A stretch of DNA of 64,000 nt from an uncultured Planctomycetales bacterium (GTDB lineage Bacteria > Planctomycetota > Planctomycetia > Isosphaerales > Isosphaeraceae): positions 482,997 through 546,996 of the forward strand of contig CAVVZJ010000014.1 in NCBI GenBank assembly GCA_963752755.1, in the 5' to 3' direction. Shown piece by piece: positions 1 through 11,018 of the stretch (positions are counted from its first letter, which is position 1; each line of letters opens with the position of its first letter). A program made the position numbers and the translations under genes. The notes below the pieces were generated by a model. The model worked only from the letters and a program-made list of their open reading frames with translations, was not told the DNA's origin and did no database searches.

Positions 1-273
1 ATCGTCCCGGCCGATCGACGTGCCTGTTCCTTGGTTGGGGCCTTCACCAGTCCATTGTAATGCGGCCCCGGGTCCTGTCAAGCAACCGCGATGCCGTCGG
101 CCGACTCCGGATCGGTCGGCCGAGATGACTGCCTCTCTTCAACTTAGATCAAACCTCTGCCTGCCCGGGTGGTCACCCCGCGCTTGTCGGGGTGGGCGGG
201 ACGTTGCTAAGATCGACACTCCCCCCGACGCCGGGGATGACTCCGTTTCCTCGCCTCCTGGTGAGCCCGCCCG

Positions 274-1776
274 ATGCCCCGACGACTCCGACCGAGCCTC
301 GACGAGTTCCGCCGCCTGGCCGAGCAGTCGCCGTGCGTCCCGGTCTATCGCGAGCTGACCTCCGACGGCCTCACCCCCGTCTCGGCCTTCCGCAAGATGG
401 CCCGGGGCGGCCTCGCCTTCCTCTTCGAGAGCGTCGTGGGCGGCGAGAAGGTCGGACGCTACAGCTTCCTTGGCTCCGAGCCGTACCTCCGGTTCGAGGC
501 CAAGGGGGCCGACGTCCGTCTCTACCGAGGCGCCGAGCCCGAGCCCTTCGAGCGTTCGACCTCGGACGACCCCTTCAACGGGCTCCAGAAGCTGATCGAG
601 GCCCGCCGCTCGGTCCATCTGCCCGGCCTTCCCCGCTTCTGCGGCGGGGCGGTCGGCTACGCCGCTTACGACTCGGTCCGCTACACCGAGCACCTCCCCG
701 ACGCCCCGCCCGACGACCGCGGCCTTCCCGACCTGGCCTTCGGCTTCTACGACCGGATGGTCGTCTTCGACCACATCCGCAAGACCGTTCTCGTGGTCGC
801 CCAGGCCCGTTGCGCCGAGCTGGACGACCCGCAGGCCGCTTACGACGAGGCCGCGAGTCGGGTCGATGAGCTGGTCGCCCGCCTCGCCGCACCGGCACCC
901 GAGCTGCCGCCAATCGACATCGACACCTCCGGCCCGGTCACGCTCCAGCCCCGCTCGAACTTCAGCCGCGAGCAGTACGAGGCCGTCGTCCGCCGCTGCC
1001 AGGAATACATCAAGGCCGGCGACATCTTCCAGGTCGTGCCGAGCCAGCGATTCGCGGTCGAGACGAAGGCCGAACCGTTCGACATCTACCGCGTCCTCCG
1101 CGTGGTCAACCCGAGCCCCTTCCTCTTCTACCTGCCGTTCGACGGCTTCAGCCTCATCGGCTGCTCGCCCGAGATCCTGGTGCGGGTCGAGGACGGCAAC
1201 GTCACGATCCGCCCGATCGCCGGCACGCGACGCCGCGGCCGCGACGAGGCCGAGGACCGCGCCCTGGCCGAGGAACTGCTCGCCGACCCGAAGGAGCGGG
1301 CCGAGCACATCATGCTCGTGGACCTCGGCCGCAACGACGTCGGCCGTGTCTCCGAGACGGCCACCGTCCAGCTCACCGAGCTGATGGTCGTCGAGCGTTA
1401 CTCCCACGTCATGCACATCACCTCGAACGTCAACGGCCGTCTCGCGCCGGGCAAGACCGCCTTCGACGCCCTCCGCGCCGGCCTGCCGGCCGGGACCGTC
1501 TCCGGCGCCCCGAAGGTTCGGGCGATGCAGATCATCGACGAGGTCGAGCCCGTCCGCCGCGGCCCCTACGCCGGCGCCGTCGGCTACATCGACTTCACCG
1601 GCAACATGGATACCTGCATCGCCTTGCGGACCCTCGTCCTCCAGGGCCAGACTGCCTACATCCAGGCCGGCGGCGGCGTCGTCTTCGACAGCGTGCCCGC
1701 CGACGAGTACGAGGAGACGGTCAACAAGGCCGGCGGGCTCCTGAAGGCCGTCGAGATCGCCGAGACGCAGCTCTGA
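274..1776 (+). CDS. trpE: Anthranilate synthase component I (TrpE). Intact 500 aa ORF.
   Basis: Translation shows the chorismate-binding-enzyme pattern (…LVDLGRNDVGRV…, …GAPKVRAMQIIDEVE…RGPYAGAVGY…) typical of TrpE. Recognised from memory of the family. Confidence 0.85.
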   Translation: MPRRLRPSLDEFRRLAEQSPCVPVYRELTSDGLTPVSAFRKMARGGLAFLFESVVGGEKVGRYSFLGSEPYLRFEAKGADVRLYRGAEPEPFERSTSDDPFNGLQKLIEARRSVHLPGLPRFCGGAVGYAAYDSVRYTEHLPDAPPDDRGLPDLAFGFYDRMVVFDHIRKTVLVVAQARCAELDDPQAAYDEAASRVDELVARLAAPAPELPPIDIDTSGPVTLQPRSNFSREQYEAVVRRCQEYIKAGDIFQVVPSQRFAVETKAEPFDIYRVLRVVNPSPFLFYLPFDGFSLIGCSPEILVRVEDGNVTIRPIAGTRRRGRDEAEDRALAEELLADPKERAEHIMLVDLGRNDVGRVSETATVQLTELMVVERYSHVMHITSNVNGRLAPGKTAFDALRAGLPAGTVSGAPKVRAMQIIDEVEPVRRGPYAGAVGYIDFTGNMDTCIALRTLVLQGQTAYIQAGGGVVFDSVPADEYEETVNKAGGLLKAVEIAETQL

Positions 1777-1836
1777 CACCACCCTCGTTTGGACGGTCGC
1801 GGGCCGGAGTCCGGCCTCGGCCCGCGACCCCGCGAA

Positions 1837-3903
1837 TCACTCATCGCCGATCGGCACGGCGTCCACCTCGGCGCCGAGCGTGTTGTACCAGCCCCTCAGG
1901 CCACCGAAGGCGGCCCGGGCCGACTCGCCGGCATCTTCGAGGACGATCGGCCTCGGAGCGACCAGTTCCGCGATCTCGGGCACGTCAAATCCCTCCAGCA
2001 GGCCGAAGCAGAAGGCTTCCGGACGGCTGGAATACTCGATTCCCGCCTCGATCACGTCCTGCTTGAGCGTGCCGGGCGGGTTGTGAAGCTCGACGGCCCC
2101 GATCGTCTCCGACTCCAGCACCGCGGCCGTCAGGGCGATCAAGCCCGTTCGCGGCCCGTCGGCGACCACGCGGACCGGCTGATCCTTCCCGCGACCCTGA
2201 ACCCAGCGGGCCGTCGCGATGACCTGACCGGCCTGCACGCCGAGCGGTCGCTCGCCAACCGTTCCGATCAGCAAGGCGTACAGATAAGCCCGCTCCGCCA
2301 CCTGGGCCTCGCCGAAGTAGAACGGATCGATCGCCACGACCCGATAGCCGTCCTTCAGGAGCGCCTCGGCCCGCATTCCCGCCGACTTCCGACCGGTGTC
2401 GGCCAGCAGAATCGCCGTGCCCTTGTCGGGTTCGCCGCGAGTCAGCTCGACGGCCGGCACGGTCCAGGCCGAGCCGATGCGGAGCTTCCACGAGACGGCC
2501 TTGATCCCTTCCTTCTCCTCCTCGGCGGTCTTCTGCGCCGCCAGCGTATCGTCGTGGGGCCGGACGATCGAGCGAAGCTTCAACCGTCGCGCCTTCTGCC
2601 ACGATCCGGCCGCCTCGCGCCCTTCGGGACGTTGCGCGTCTCGCGGCAGAGACTTGCTGAGCTGGACGGAGATCTTGTGAAGATCGAGGTTGTCCTCCGG
2701 CAGTGCGACCTGGAGTTGCTCGGCGGTTTTCAATTCGCCTTCGCTGGGAATCTCCTCATCCTTGTACGACGCCTCATCCTTGTAGAAGTGATCGCCGAGC
2801 ATGCGATAGAGGGCCTGGCGGTTGTCGAGTTCGTAGTTGTGTGTGCCGGGGTCCTCGTTGACGTGGTGCCGGAGGTTTGATTCCTTCCCGAAGAGGCGGA
2901 AGATCGGGGTGGCCGCTTCGAGGAGGGGCGGCAGGGCGTGACCGGCGGCGAAGCAGCAGTTGTCTCTGGCGTTGAAGGTCAGGAGCGTGGGCCGCGGGGC
3001 CATCATCGCGGTCAGGTGGGTGTAATCGACCACGGTGCCCAGGTCGCAGGGGGTCTGCTCGGAGTCGCCGAGGTCGGAGAGGTGATCCACGCGGGTCAAG
3101 AAGCTGGAATAGCCAGCGACGGGGTCCGTGAAGCGTAACGCGCGTTTCCAGGGGGCTGAAGAAGATCGTCTGCCAGCCGCCGCCCGAAAGCCCGGTGACG
3201 GCCACCCGAGCCGGGTCGGCGTGCTCGAGTGAGAGGAGCACGTCGAGACCGCGCTTCATCGCGAGGTAATGCGTGGCGATCCCGCCGGCGCCGCAGAGGT
3301 CGATGGCGTTGATAAGCCCGTGACGGAAGCCGTCAGTCCGGAGCTGTCCCATGCCGAACCACTCGACGTTCAAGGCGAGCATCCCGCGCTTGGCCTGATT
3401 GATGCAACGCAACTGCTTGTAGTCGGCGGCCTTTCCCTTGGCGTCGTGGCCGTTGACGTTCAGGACGACGGGCACCTCGTCCTTCGAGTTTCTCCGGCTC
3501 GTAGAGGAGAGCGGGAATCCAGAGCCCGGGGATCGCCTCGAAGCGGAGCTTCTTGATCCTGTAACCCGGACCGCCGTCGAGGGTATCCTGCCACTCGACC
3601 TTCGTCTTCGCATCACGCCAGGCCGCGGCCTGGCCGCGGAAGATGACGCGGGAGAAGACCTCCGAGCGGTAGCGGTCGGCCTGCTTCGTCCAGTCGTCGG
3701 CCGACTGGACCTCCGGCATCCGGGGGATGCAGGGCCTCGGTGAAAGCCTGCACGTCGGCCATCGCCTGGCGCGGGCCGATGATCTCGCCGGCCAGGGCCT
3801 CGTCGACGGCCGACTTCGGCGGGTCCTCGGCGCGGGTCGTCGCGGCGGCCAGGCTCAGGAGAATGCCAGCCAGGGCGAGGAAGCTCGGTCGTTGGGGACG
3901 CAT
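1837..3903 (-). pseudogene. Secreted alpha/beta-hydrolase, putative carbohydrate esterase, split over at least 3 minus-strand frames.
   Basis: Signal peptide (MRPQRPSFLALAGILLSLAAA) in ORF 3613..3948. Esterase-like N-terminus (…GYRIKKLRFEAIPGLWIPALLYEPEK…) in ORF 3333..3719. Two hydrolase-like C-terminal halves (…VVAIDPFYFGE…) in ORF 1837..3099. Frame switches near ~3720, ~3330 and ~3100. This may be indel error rather than a true pseudogene. Confidence 0.55.
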
Positions 3904-3963
3904 GGGGGACTCCGGTGGGCGTTGTGGCGGGGGCAGTCGGTTCGCCACGGTGGGCGAGCCGCA

Positions 3964-4936
3964 TTACAACCCCCCAAACCACGACCGGCAAGCCCCCGCC
4001 GGGTGGTTCAGCCAGAACGTCCCAGGATCGGCGCGCCCGGGACGTTGCCGGGTCGGCGGGTCGGGCTTGTCGTAACCATAGCGACGGATCACGCTCTCCC
4101 AGCGCCGTTCGACCTCCGCCCGCTGCGGGTCGGTGAGCTCGTATCGATTGGTTCGATAGCCCGACTGCTCCGCAAGATACGATTCGAGCCTCGGCCGGAC
4201 CCGCTCGAAGTCGCCCAGCTCCAGGTGCTCGTAAAGCTCCCGCATCCGGCCGATCGGGTCGGCGACCAGATCCTCGTAACGCAGCTCGAAGAACCGCGAG
4301 GGGGCCACCAGCGGACGGGTTTCCTCGATCTTCCGGTAGAGCCGCAGGAAGGTCCGATAGACCCGCTCCTCCAGACCCTCGAACCGCGGTCTCTGGAGTC
4401 CCTGGGCAGCATAAAGCGTCTTCCAGAGATGAATCGTGGAGGGAAAGACGACCCGCGGGTCGCGGACGAGGTGGATGAACCGCGCGTCCGGGAAAAGCTT
4501 CAGGAGGGTGCGGATCCGAAAGGAGTGCGTCGGCGACTTCAGGACCAGGCGGCCCGGACGGAGGTACGAGACGCGGCGCAGGAAGTCGAGGAACGTGCGA
4601 ACCCAGGCGCTCGCGAGCCTTGACCGGCAGACGTTCCACGTCCTCAATCCCCTCCTCATGGTCGCGGCGGTTCGGGAACGCGATCGTCCGGTAAGGCGAG
4701 GGCTGGCCCAGGATGCAGAGGGCAAACTCGTCTTCCTGGGGACGGTCGAAGCCGACATCCATGTTATCCATCGGCCGGCGTGACGGCAGCAACCACTTCC
4801 AGCGACGGAGAATACGCTCCGTGAGGAGAAAGTGATTCGGCTCGAAGCACTCACAGGTGTTCGGAAAGGTGTGCCGGTCGTCGAGGGTCAGCAGCTCATG
4901 CAGCCAGGTCGTGCCGGTCCTCCAGTGGCCAATCAC
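3964..4936 (-). pseudogene. Sulfotransferase-family protein, frameshifted near ~4630.
   Basis: N-terminal PAPS-binding-like motif (GHWRTGTTWLHELL) in the 4936 frame. Continuation with the sulfotransferase motif (…LVLKSPTHSFRIRTLLKLFPDARFIHLVRDPRVV…) in ORF 3964..4854. Confidence 0.55.
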
Positions 4937-5439
4937 AAAGATCGGCGCTTCCTGGATTTCGGTCCGTCTCCAGCTCCCCGCTCAGGAGCCGGCGCTCCAG
5001 AAACCGCAAGACCGAATGGGACGACCCGACCACCAACATCAGCGCCGCGGTGTGCCACTGGAAGGGATGCACGGCGAACCGATGCCGCGCGAGCATCCGG
5101 GTCCATGCTCCCAGCGTCATGCCGATCCAGATCCGCGCCGCCCACGTTCTTTCTCGCCTCCGCCCCGGGCGACCCCCCTCGGCCCCGAACGGACTCCGAA
5201 CGGCGTTGCGGCTCGCCTCCGTCGTTTCTTCGATCGCCGTTGCCATGAGATTTTCGCCCTTCTTCAGAAATTACCGATTTTCTCCATTTTTACATACGCC
5301 GACGAAAACGACAAGTTGACGGTTGCAAGTGCCTTTGCCCGACCTTCGCAACCTTGCCTGATCGACGTCATCGCGTCCGACCGAACGGTTCCCGGCCACG
5401 CCCCGCTTTCTGCTTTCCTGGAATCCTGGGAACGGACCC

Positions 5440-5469
5440 CGACAGGCATGCCTAATCTGTGCTATAATT
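5440..5469 (+). promoter_or_regulatory. Sigma70-like promoter candidate: cGACAg, 17 nt spacer, perfect TATAAT at 5464..5469.
   Basis: A perfect TATAAT hexamer in a ~70% GC sequence sits in the AT-richer divergent intergenic region 4950..5980. It is ~510 bp upstream of the next plus-strand CDS. Confidence 0.25.
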
Positions 5470-5977
5470 AACGCTAGCCCCCTGTCGATCCGGATGGCCC
5501 TGTCCTTCCTCGAATGTCGCGACGTCGCGATACCGCAGCGCGTCCTCCACCGCCGAACGAACTTCAAACTGGGCAAATTTGCTGCGCTATTCTTTGCCCT
5601 GATTGCAGTTCCGATCGTGGCTCCAGGGTCAACGAGAGCGTCCTCCCGGCGTTCCCATCCGTCTCGGAGGCGTCCCACGCGCGTCTCCAGCGCGTTGTCT
5701 GCACGTCCTGGGACCGTACTGAAGATCCACAGGAGGCAAAACTAAGCGTTTCTCACCTTCCGATTGGATCGACCATGAACCGGTTCGCAGGAGCGGTTTT
5801 CTGACCTGCCAGCGGATTCAGGAGAGCCTCCGAACTAGGAGTCGAACGTCGCGCCCGGTGATCCTCGCGATCGTTTGCGGATGACGTCTCGCGGATTGCC
5901 TGGAGTGCGGCCCGACCGTTAGACTGCGCCTGGCGAAGTCGTCGGCAGAACCCGCAAACGCGCTGGACCCGTCGCTC

Positions 5978-8813
5978 ATGTCACCAACCCTGCTCTGGTC
6001 GATCCTGGCTTGCCTGGGCTTTCAGGACATTCCGCATACCGAGCCCCGGGTTCTTGATCCGGCCTTGCGGGTGGAACGGATCGCGGCGGAACCGGAGATC
6101 GTGACGCCGACGGGGATCGCCGTGGACGCCCGGGGCCGGGTCCTGGTCATCGAGAGCCACACGCATTTCCGCCCCGAGGGGTATCAGGGGCCCCCGGCCG
6201 ACCGCATCCGCGCCTTCGAGGACACGGACGGCGACGGCCGTTTCGAGACGGTGGCGACGGTCTTCGAGGGCACGCGGTTCACGATGAACCTGGCCGTCGA
6301 GCCGTCCGGCTCGCTCCTGGTCGCGACCCGCAATGAGGTCTTCCGCCTGCCGATCGGCGACGGAGGGCGTCGCCGAGGAACGCGTCACACTGGCCCGTCT
6401 GGAGACCCGGGGCAACTACCCGCACAACGGCCTCTCCGGCTTCGCGATCGACTTCGACGGCTCGTTCACCTTCGGACTCGGTGAGAACCTGGGCGAGCCT
6501 TACAAGCTGATCGGCCGCGATGGCACGACCCTGACCGGCGGAGGCGAGGGCGGAAGCGTCTATTCGACTCCGGCCCGACGGCTCGGGCCTGCTCGCGGGT
6601 GGCTACCGGCTTCTGGAATCCGTTCCACCAGGCGCTCGATCCGTTTGGCCGACTCTTCGCCGTGGACAATGACCCCGATTCGCGGCCACCCTGCCGGTTG
6701 CTCCATGTCGTGGAGGGCGGCGACTACGGCTACCGCTTCCGCAACGGCCGGCGCGGCCTCCACCCCTTGACCGCCTGGGACGGCGATCTGCCCGGCATGC
6801 TGCCGATGGTCGCCGGCACGGGCGAGGCGCCTTCGGGCCTGGTCGTCTACGAGTCGGACGGCTTGCCTGGTTCGTACCGTGGTGCCTTGCTCGTCACGTC
6901 CTGGGGCGACCACCGCATTGACCGCTTCGACCTTGAGCCCGCTGGGGCCTCGTTCCGTGCCCGACGGACGCCGATCGTGATCGGTGACGAGCACTTCCGA
7001 CCCGTCGGTATCGCGGTCGGGCCGGACGGGTCGCTGTTCGTCAGCGACTGGGTCGATCGTTCCTACAACGTCCACGGACACGGTCGAATCTGGCGCATCC
7101 GGGCCAGAACCCCAGTGGCCCCTCGTGAGGTTCGTGACGGACGCGAGGGCCTGGCGCAGCCCGACCGCCGCCGTCGCGAGCAGGCGGCCCGATCGCTGGC
7201 GGCGAATGCGAGAGGCCGGGACGTCCTCGGTGAGATCCTCCGCGAGCATGCCCTGGACCCGCGAGCGCGGGCCACGGCGCTGGAGGCCCTCCTCGCGTCG
7301 GGCGATCCGGACGAGGCGACGGTCCAGGCCGCGCTGGAAGATCCGTCACCGGAGATCCTCGCCCTGGCCGTCGCCCGGGCGCCCGGAAGTGGCTTGACCC
7401 GTCCCGGATCGCCAAGCGAGCGACGTCCCCCCTGGTGCAAGCCGCCGCGCTGCGACGGATCGCGGAATCGTCCGGCCACGATGAGCTGCTCCAGGCTGCC
7501 GAGAGCCCCGATCCGTTCGTGCGGCAGGCGGCTCGGGAAGGAGTCACGCAGTCGTTCTCGGTCGGCGAGCTGATCGCACTGAGCCGGTCGGACGTTCCCG
7601 CGCAACGGCTCGCCGCCCTCCTCGCACTTCGCGACCTGGATACGGAGCCGGCCCGACGGGCCTTGCCGGCCGGATTGAAGGACCCGGACCCCGCCATCCG
7701 CTTGGCCTCGGTCCAGTGGGTCTATGAGTCCGGGCTGGACGCCTTCCGGGCCGATCTCGAATCGGGGATGACGGCGGGCGTCGTGACCGACCGCCTCTTC
7801 CGGGCGTATCTTGCGGCCCTCACCCGACTCGACCAGGGGGCCGCCCCGCTCCAGAACGAGGTCCCCGACCGGGCCTACGTGGCCCGGCTCGCGTTCGACA
7901 CGAAGACTCCGCCCGCTCTCCGCCGCCTGGCCCTGCGCTACCTCGCCCCCGACGATCCGGCGCTGAGTGCCGATCGCCTCGACGATCTGCTCAATTCGTC
8001 CGACCCGGGACTGCGTCTGGAAGCCGTCCGCAAGCTCTGCGATCGTCCCGGAGCCGATCAGCTCCCGCGACTGGCCGCGCTCGCCCGGGAGGTCGCGAAC
8101 CCCGAATCGCTGCGTGCCGAGGCCATCGCCGGCCTGGCCGAGGGTGCGGAATCCTATCGCGGTCTGCTTCTCGACCTGGCCGCCAGCCCTTCGGAGTCGA
8201 TCCGCCAACAGGCCGTGCGTTCACTCCGCGGGCTTGACCTCGAACCGGAGCAGCGCAAGGGCATCGAGGCCGTCAAACTCAGCCCCTTGCTCGACCCCGA
8301 GGCCGGGTCGTGGGAATCGTCGTTGCTCGACGACCCCGCGAGACTCGCGACACCGGGCAATCCCGCTGAGGGCGAGCGAGTCTTCTTCATCCCCGCGGCC
8401 CTGGCTGTTACCGTTGCCATCAGGTTGATGGTCGCGGGGCCTCGATCGGGCCCGACCTGACTGTGATTGGTCGCGGGTCGGACCTCGCCAAGCTGGCCGA
8501 GTCGGTCCTCCGGCCCAATCGCGAGATCGCGCCTCAGTTCACCACGTATCAGATCGCGCGGACCGACGGCACGATCGTCACCGCCCTCATCAAGGTCGAG
8601 CTGGGCGATGGCTCGCTCCTGTGTGCCGACCCCGACGGCCGGACCTTCACGGTCAAGAGCGCCGAGATCGAGGAAGTCCAGGCCGTGTCCACCTCGATCA
8701 TGCCCGAGGGCCTGGCCCATTCCCTGACTGAGCAGGAGTTCCGCGACCTCCTCGCGTTCCTCCGCGCCCCGTTGCCCGAGGCGGATTCCTCGCGAGTCGT
8801 CGAGAAACGCTGA
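5978..8813 (+). CDS. Membrane-bound dehydrogenase domain / HEAT-repeat / haem-binding (CxxCH) domain protein (Pirellula/Verrucomicrobium type), ~940 aa, interrupted by at least 4 frameshifts.
   Basis: ORFs 5978..6484, 6333..6770, 6599..7573, 7435..8460 and 8463..8813 join into one protein. It carries a beta-propeller dehydrogenase-like N-terminus (…VAVGPDGSLFVSDW…), HEAT-like repeats (…DPDPAIRLASVQW…) and a C-terminal haem domain. Reading from ~8395 in the downstream frame gives GPGCYRCHQVDGRG; the annotated frame reads …ERVFFIPAALAV…. One missing C in 'ttcttcCatcc' restores FFHPRGPGCYRCH. Confidence 0.7.
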
Positions 8814-8868
8814 GAGACCGCCGACGCCTTGACTCTACCGCGTACGACCATCCCGAGGGCCTTCTTCC

Positions 8869-9318
8869 ATGGAACCGGAATCCCCCCCCGAATCCCCGGT
8901 CGAGATGGACGAGCGGTTCCCGTCCGGCCCCTGGACCGGCTTCTTCCTGGAGCCGGCCCGACAGGGGCGCCAGTGGATGGAACTCCGCCTGACCTTCCGC
9001 GAGGGCGTCCTTCACGGCGAGGGTCGTGACTACGTCGGTCCATTCCTGCTGGTCGGACGTTACGAGACCTCCAGCGGCAAGTGCTGGTGGGCCAAGCGCT
9101 ATGTCGGCAAGCACGACGTCGCTTACCAGGGTTACAACGAGGGCAAAGGCATCTGGGGCACCTGGACCATCGACGTCCCCCCGCTACGCGGCGGCTTCCA
9201 CATCTGGCCCGAGGGCATGCCCGACCCGTCCCGACCCACGCTCAAGGCCGAGGCCGACGTCCCGATCGAAGCGGAGCCCGTCGAGACTGCCGTCGCCGAG
9301 CCGGTGGGGGCTGATTGA
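8869..9318 (+). CDS. Hypothetical protein (149 aa).
   Basis: Clean ORF with protein-like composition (…GKCWWAKRYVGKHDVAYQGYNEGKGIWGTWTI…). No family recognised. Confidence 0.4.
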   Translation: MEPESPPESPVEMDERFPSGPWTGFFLEPARQGRQWMELRLTFREGVLHGEGRDYVGPFLLVGRYETSSGKCWWAKRYVGKHDVAYQGYNEGKGIWGTWTIDVPPLRGGFHIWPEGMPDPSRPTLKAEADVPIEAEPVETAVAEPVGAD

Positions 9319-9364
9319 CCAGGAACGGCGAATCCGACACACCGGCATCGTATGAGGCGCCCCA

Positions 9365-9934
9365 TTGGAACTGATCCTGGCGAGCACTTCCCCCTACCGC
9401 CGCGCCTTGCTGGAACGCCTGGGCGTGCCGTTTCGTTGGCTCGCCCCTTCTGTGGATGAGGACGCATTCAAGGCTCTCGGACTCGCACCGCAGCTTCTGG
9501 CCGAGCGGCTCGCGACCGCGAAAGCCGCGAGCCTCCGCGAGCCCGACTCCGTCATCATCGGCAGTGATCAGGTCGCCTGCATCGACGAGACGATCCTTGG
9601 CAAGCCCGGCAGCCACGAGCGGGCCGTCGAGCAACTGCGGCTGCTGTCCGGTCGCGAGCATCGATTGATCACGGCGATGGCCGTGTCCCATCAGGATCAA
9701 CTCAGGCAACATACGGACGTCACCACCTTGACGATGCGGCCCTTGAGACGCGACGAAATCGAGCGCTACGTCGAGGCCGACCGTCCCTTCGACTGCGCCG
9801 GCTCCTACAAGCTGGAGTCACGCGGCATCGCCCTCTTCGAGCGGATCGCGACCGAGGACCAGACCGCCATCACCGGCCTGCCGCTCATCGCATTAACGAC
9901 AATCCTGCGAGACTTCGGCTTCGCCATTCCCTGA
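9365..9934 (+). CDS. maf: Maf-like nucleoside-triphosphate pyrophosphatase (septum formation protein Maf family).
   Basis: MELILASTSPYRRALLERLGVPF…IGSDQVACIDETILGKP… matches the Maf/YhdE/YceF fold pattern. Confidence 0.8.
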   Translation: MELILASTSPYRRALLERLGVPFRWLAPSVDEDAFKALGLAPQLLAERLATAKAASLREPDSVIIGSDQVACIDETILGKPGSHERAVEQLRLLSGREHRLITAMAVSHQDQLRQHTDVTTLTMRPLRRDEIERYVEADRPFDCAGSYKLESRGIALFERIATEDQTAITGLPLIALTTILRDFGFAIP

Positions 9935-9965
9935 CACCTTCTCCCTGCGATTGGGACGCTCATCG

Positions 9966-10994
9966 ATGCGTGCCATGCTCCTCGAAGCCCTCGGGCCGAT
10001 CCACGACAACCCGAACCCGCTCCGGCTCGTCGACTGCCCGGCGCCGGAGCCGGGCCCCGGTGAGGTACGAATCGCCGTGAATGTCTGCGGCGTCTGCCAC
10101 ACCGAGCTGGACGAGATCGAAGGGCGGACCCCGCCGCCCCGCTTGCCGATCATTCTTGGTCATCAGGCCGTCGGGCGGGTCGAGAAGCGGGGAACCGGCG
10201 CCGATTCGCTTCCGGTCGGCGACCGCGTCGGCGTGGCCTGGATCTACTCCGCCTGCGGTCATTGCGAGTTCTGCCGTCGCGGTGAGGAGAACCTCTGCGA
10301 AGAGTTCCAGGCCACCGGCCGCGACGCCAACGGCGGCTATGCCGGGATGATGGTTGTCCCGGAAGCCTATGCTCATTCGATCCCGGATCGGTTCGACGAC
10401 GCCGAGGCGGCCCCCTTGCTCTGCGCGGGAGCGATCGGCTATCGCTCCTTGCGGCTCACGGGGCTGGAGGACGGCCAGAGCCTCGGCCTGACCGGGTTCG
10501 GAGCGTCGGCGCACCTGGTCTTGAAGATGGTCCGTCATCGGTTTCCGAATACGCGCGTTCACGTCTTCGCCCGATCCGAGTCGGAGCGAGCATTCGCCCG
10601 AGAGCTGGGCGCCGCCTGGGCCGGTGAGACCTCCGCAACCGCCCCCGAGCGGCTGCACGCGATCATCGACACGACCCCCGCCTGGACCCCGATCGTCGAG
10701 GCTCTCCGCAACCTGACTCCCGGCGGCCGGCTGGTCGTCAACGCGATCCGCAAGGAGGACGCCGACAAGGAGGCGCTGCGACGGCTCGACTACCCAACCC
10801 ACCTCTGGTTGGAGAAGGAGATCAAGAGCGTTGCCAACGTCACCCGCGCGGACGTCCGCGAGTTCCTCGAACTGGCCGCCGCGATCCCGATCCAGCCCGA
10901 GTTCCAGGTATTCCCGCTGGAGGAGGCGAACCGGGCATTGGTGGAACTCAAGGAGCAGACGGTCCGCGGCGCGAAGGTCCTGCGGATCGGTTGA
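9966..10994 (+). CDS. Zinc-dependent alcohol dehydrogenase (MDR superfamily).
   Basis: GVCHTELDEIEG…, GHQAVGRVEKRG…, and the structural-Zn cysteine cluster CGHCEFCRRGEENLC. Confidence 0.8.
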   Translation: MRAMLLEALGPIHDNPNPLRLVDCPAPEPGPGEVRIAVNVCGVCHTELDEIEGRTPPPRLPIILGHQAVGRVEKRGTGADSLPVGDRVGVAWIYSACGHCEFCRRGEENLCEEFQATGRDANGGYAGMMVVPEAYAHSIPDRFDDAEAAPLLCAGAIGYRSLRLTGLEDGQSLGLTGFGASAHLVLKMVRHRFPNTRVHVFARSESERAFARELGAAWAGETSATAPERLHAIIDTTPAWTPIVEALRNLTPGGRLVVNAIRKEDADKEALRRLDYPTHLWLEKEIKSVANVTRADVREFLELAAAIPIQPEFQVFPLEEANRALVELKEQTVRGAKVLRIG

Positions 10995-11018
10995 GGGATG
11001 TTCGTGCGCCCCTTTGGG

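Noticed and set aside
2774-4936. 720-aa ORF on the minus strand spanning the esterase and sulfotransferase regions
   Set aside because: It is a chimera. Only its first ~100 aa (sulfotransferase N-terminus) are genuine; the remainder is an open off-frame read through two different genes.
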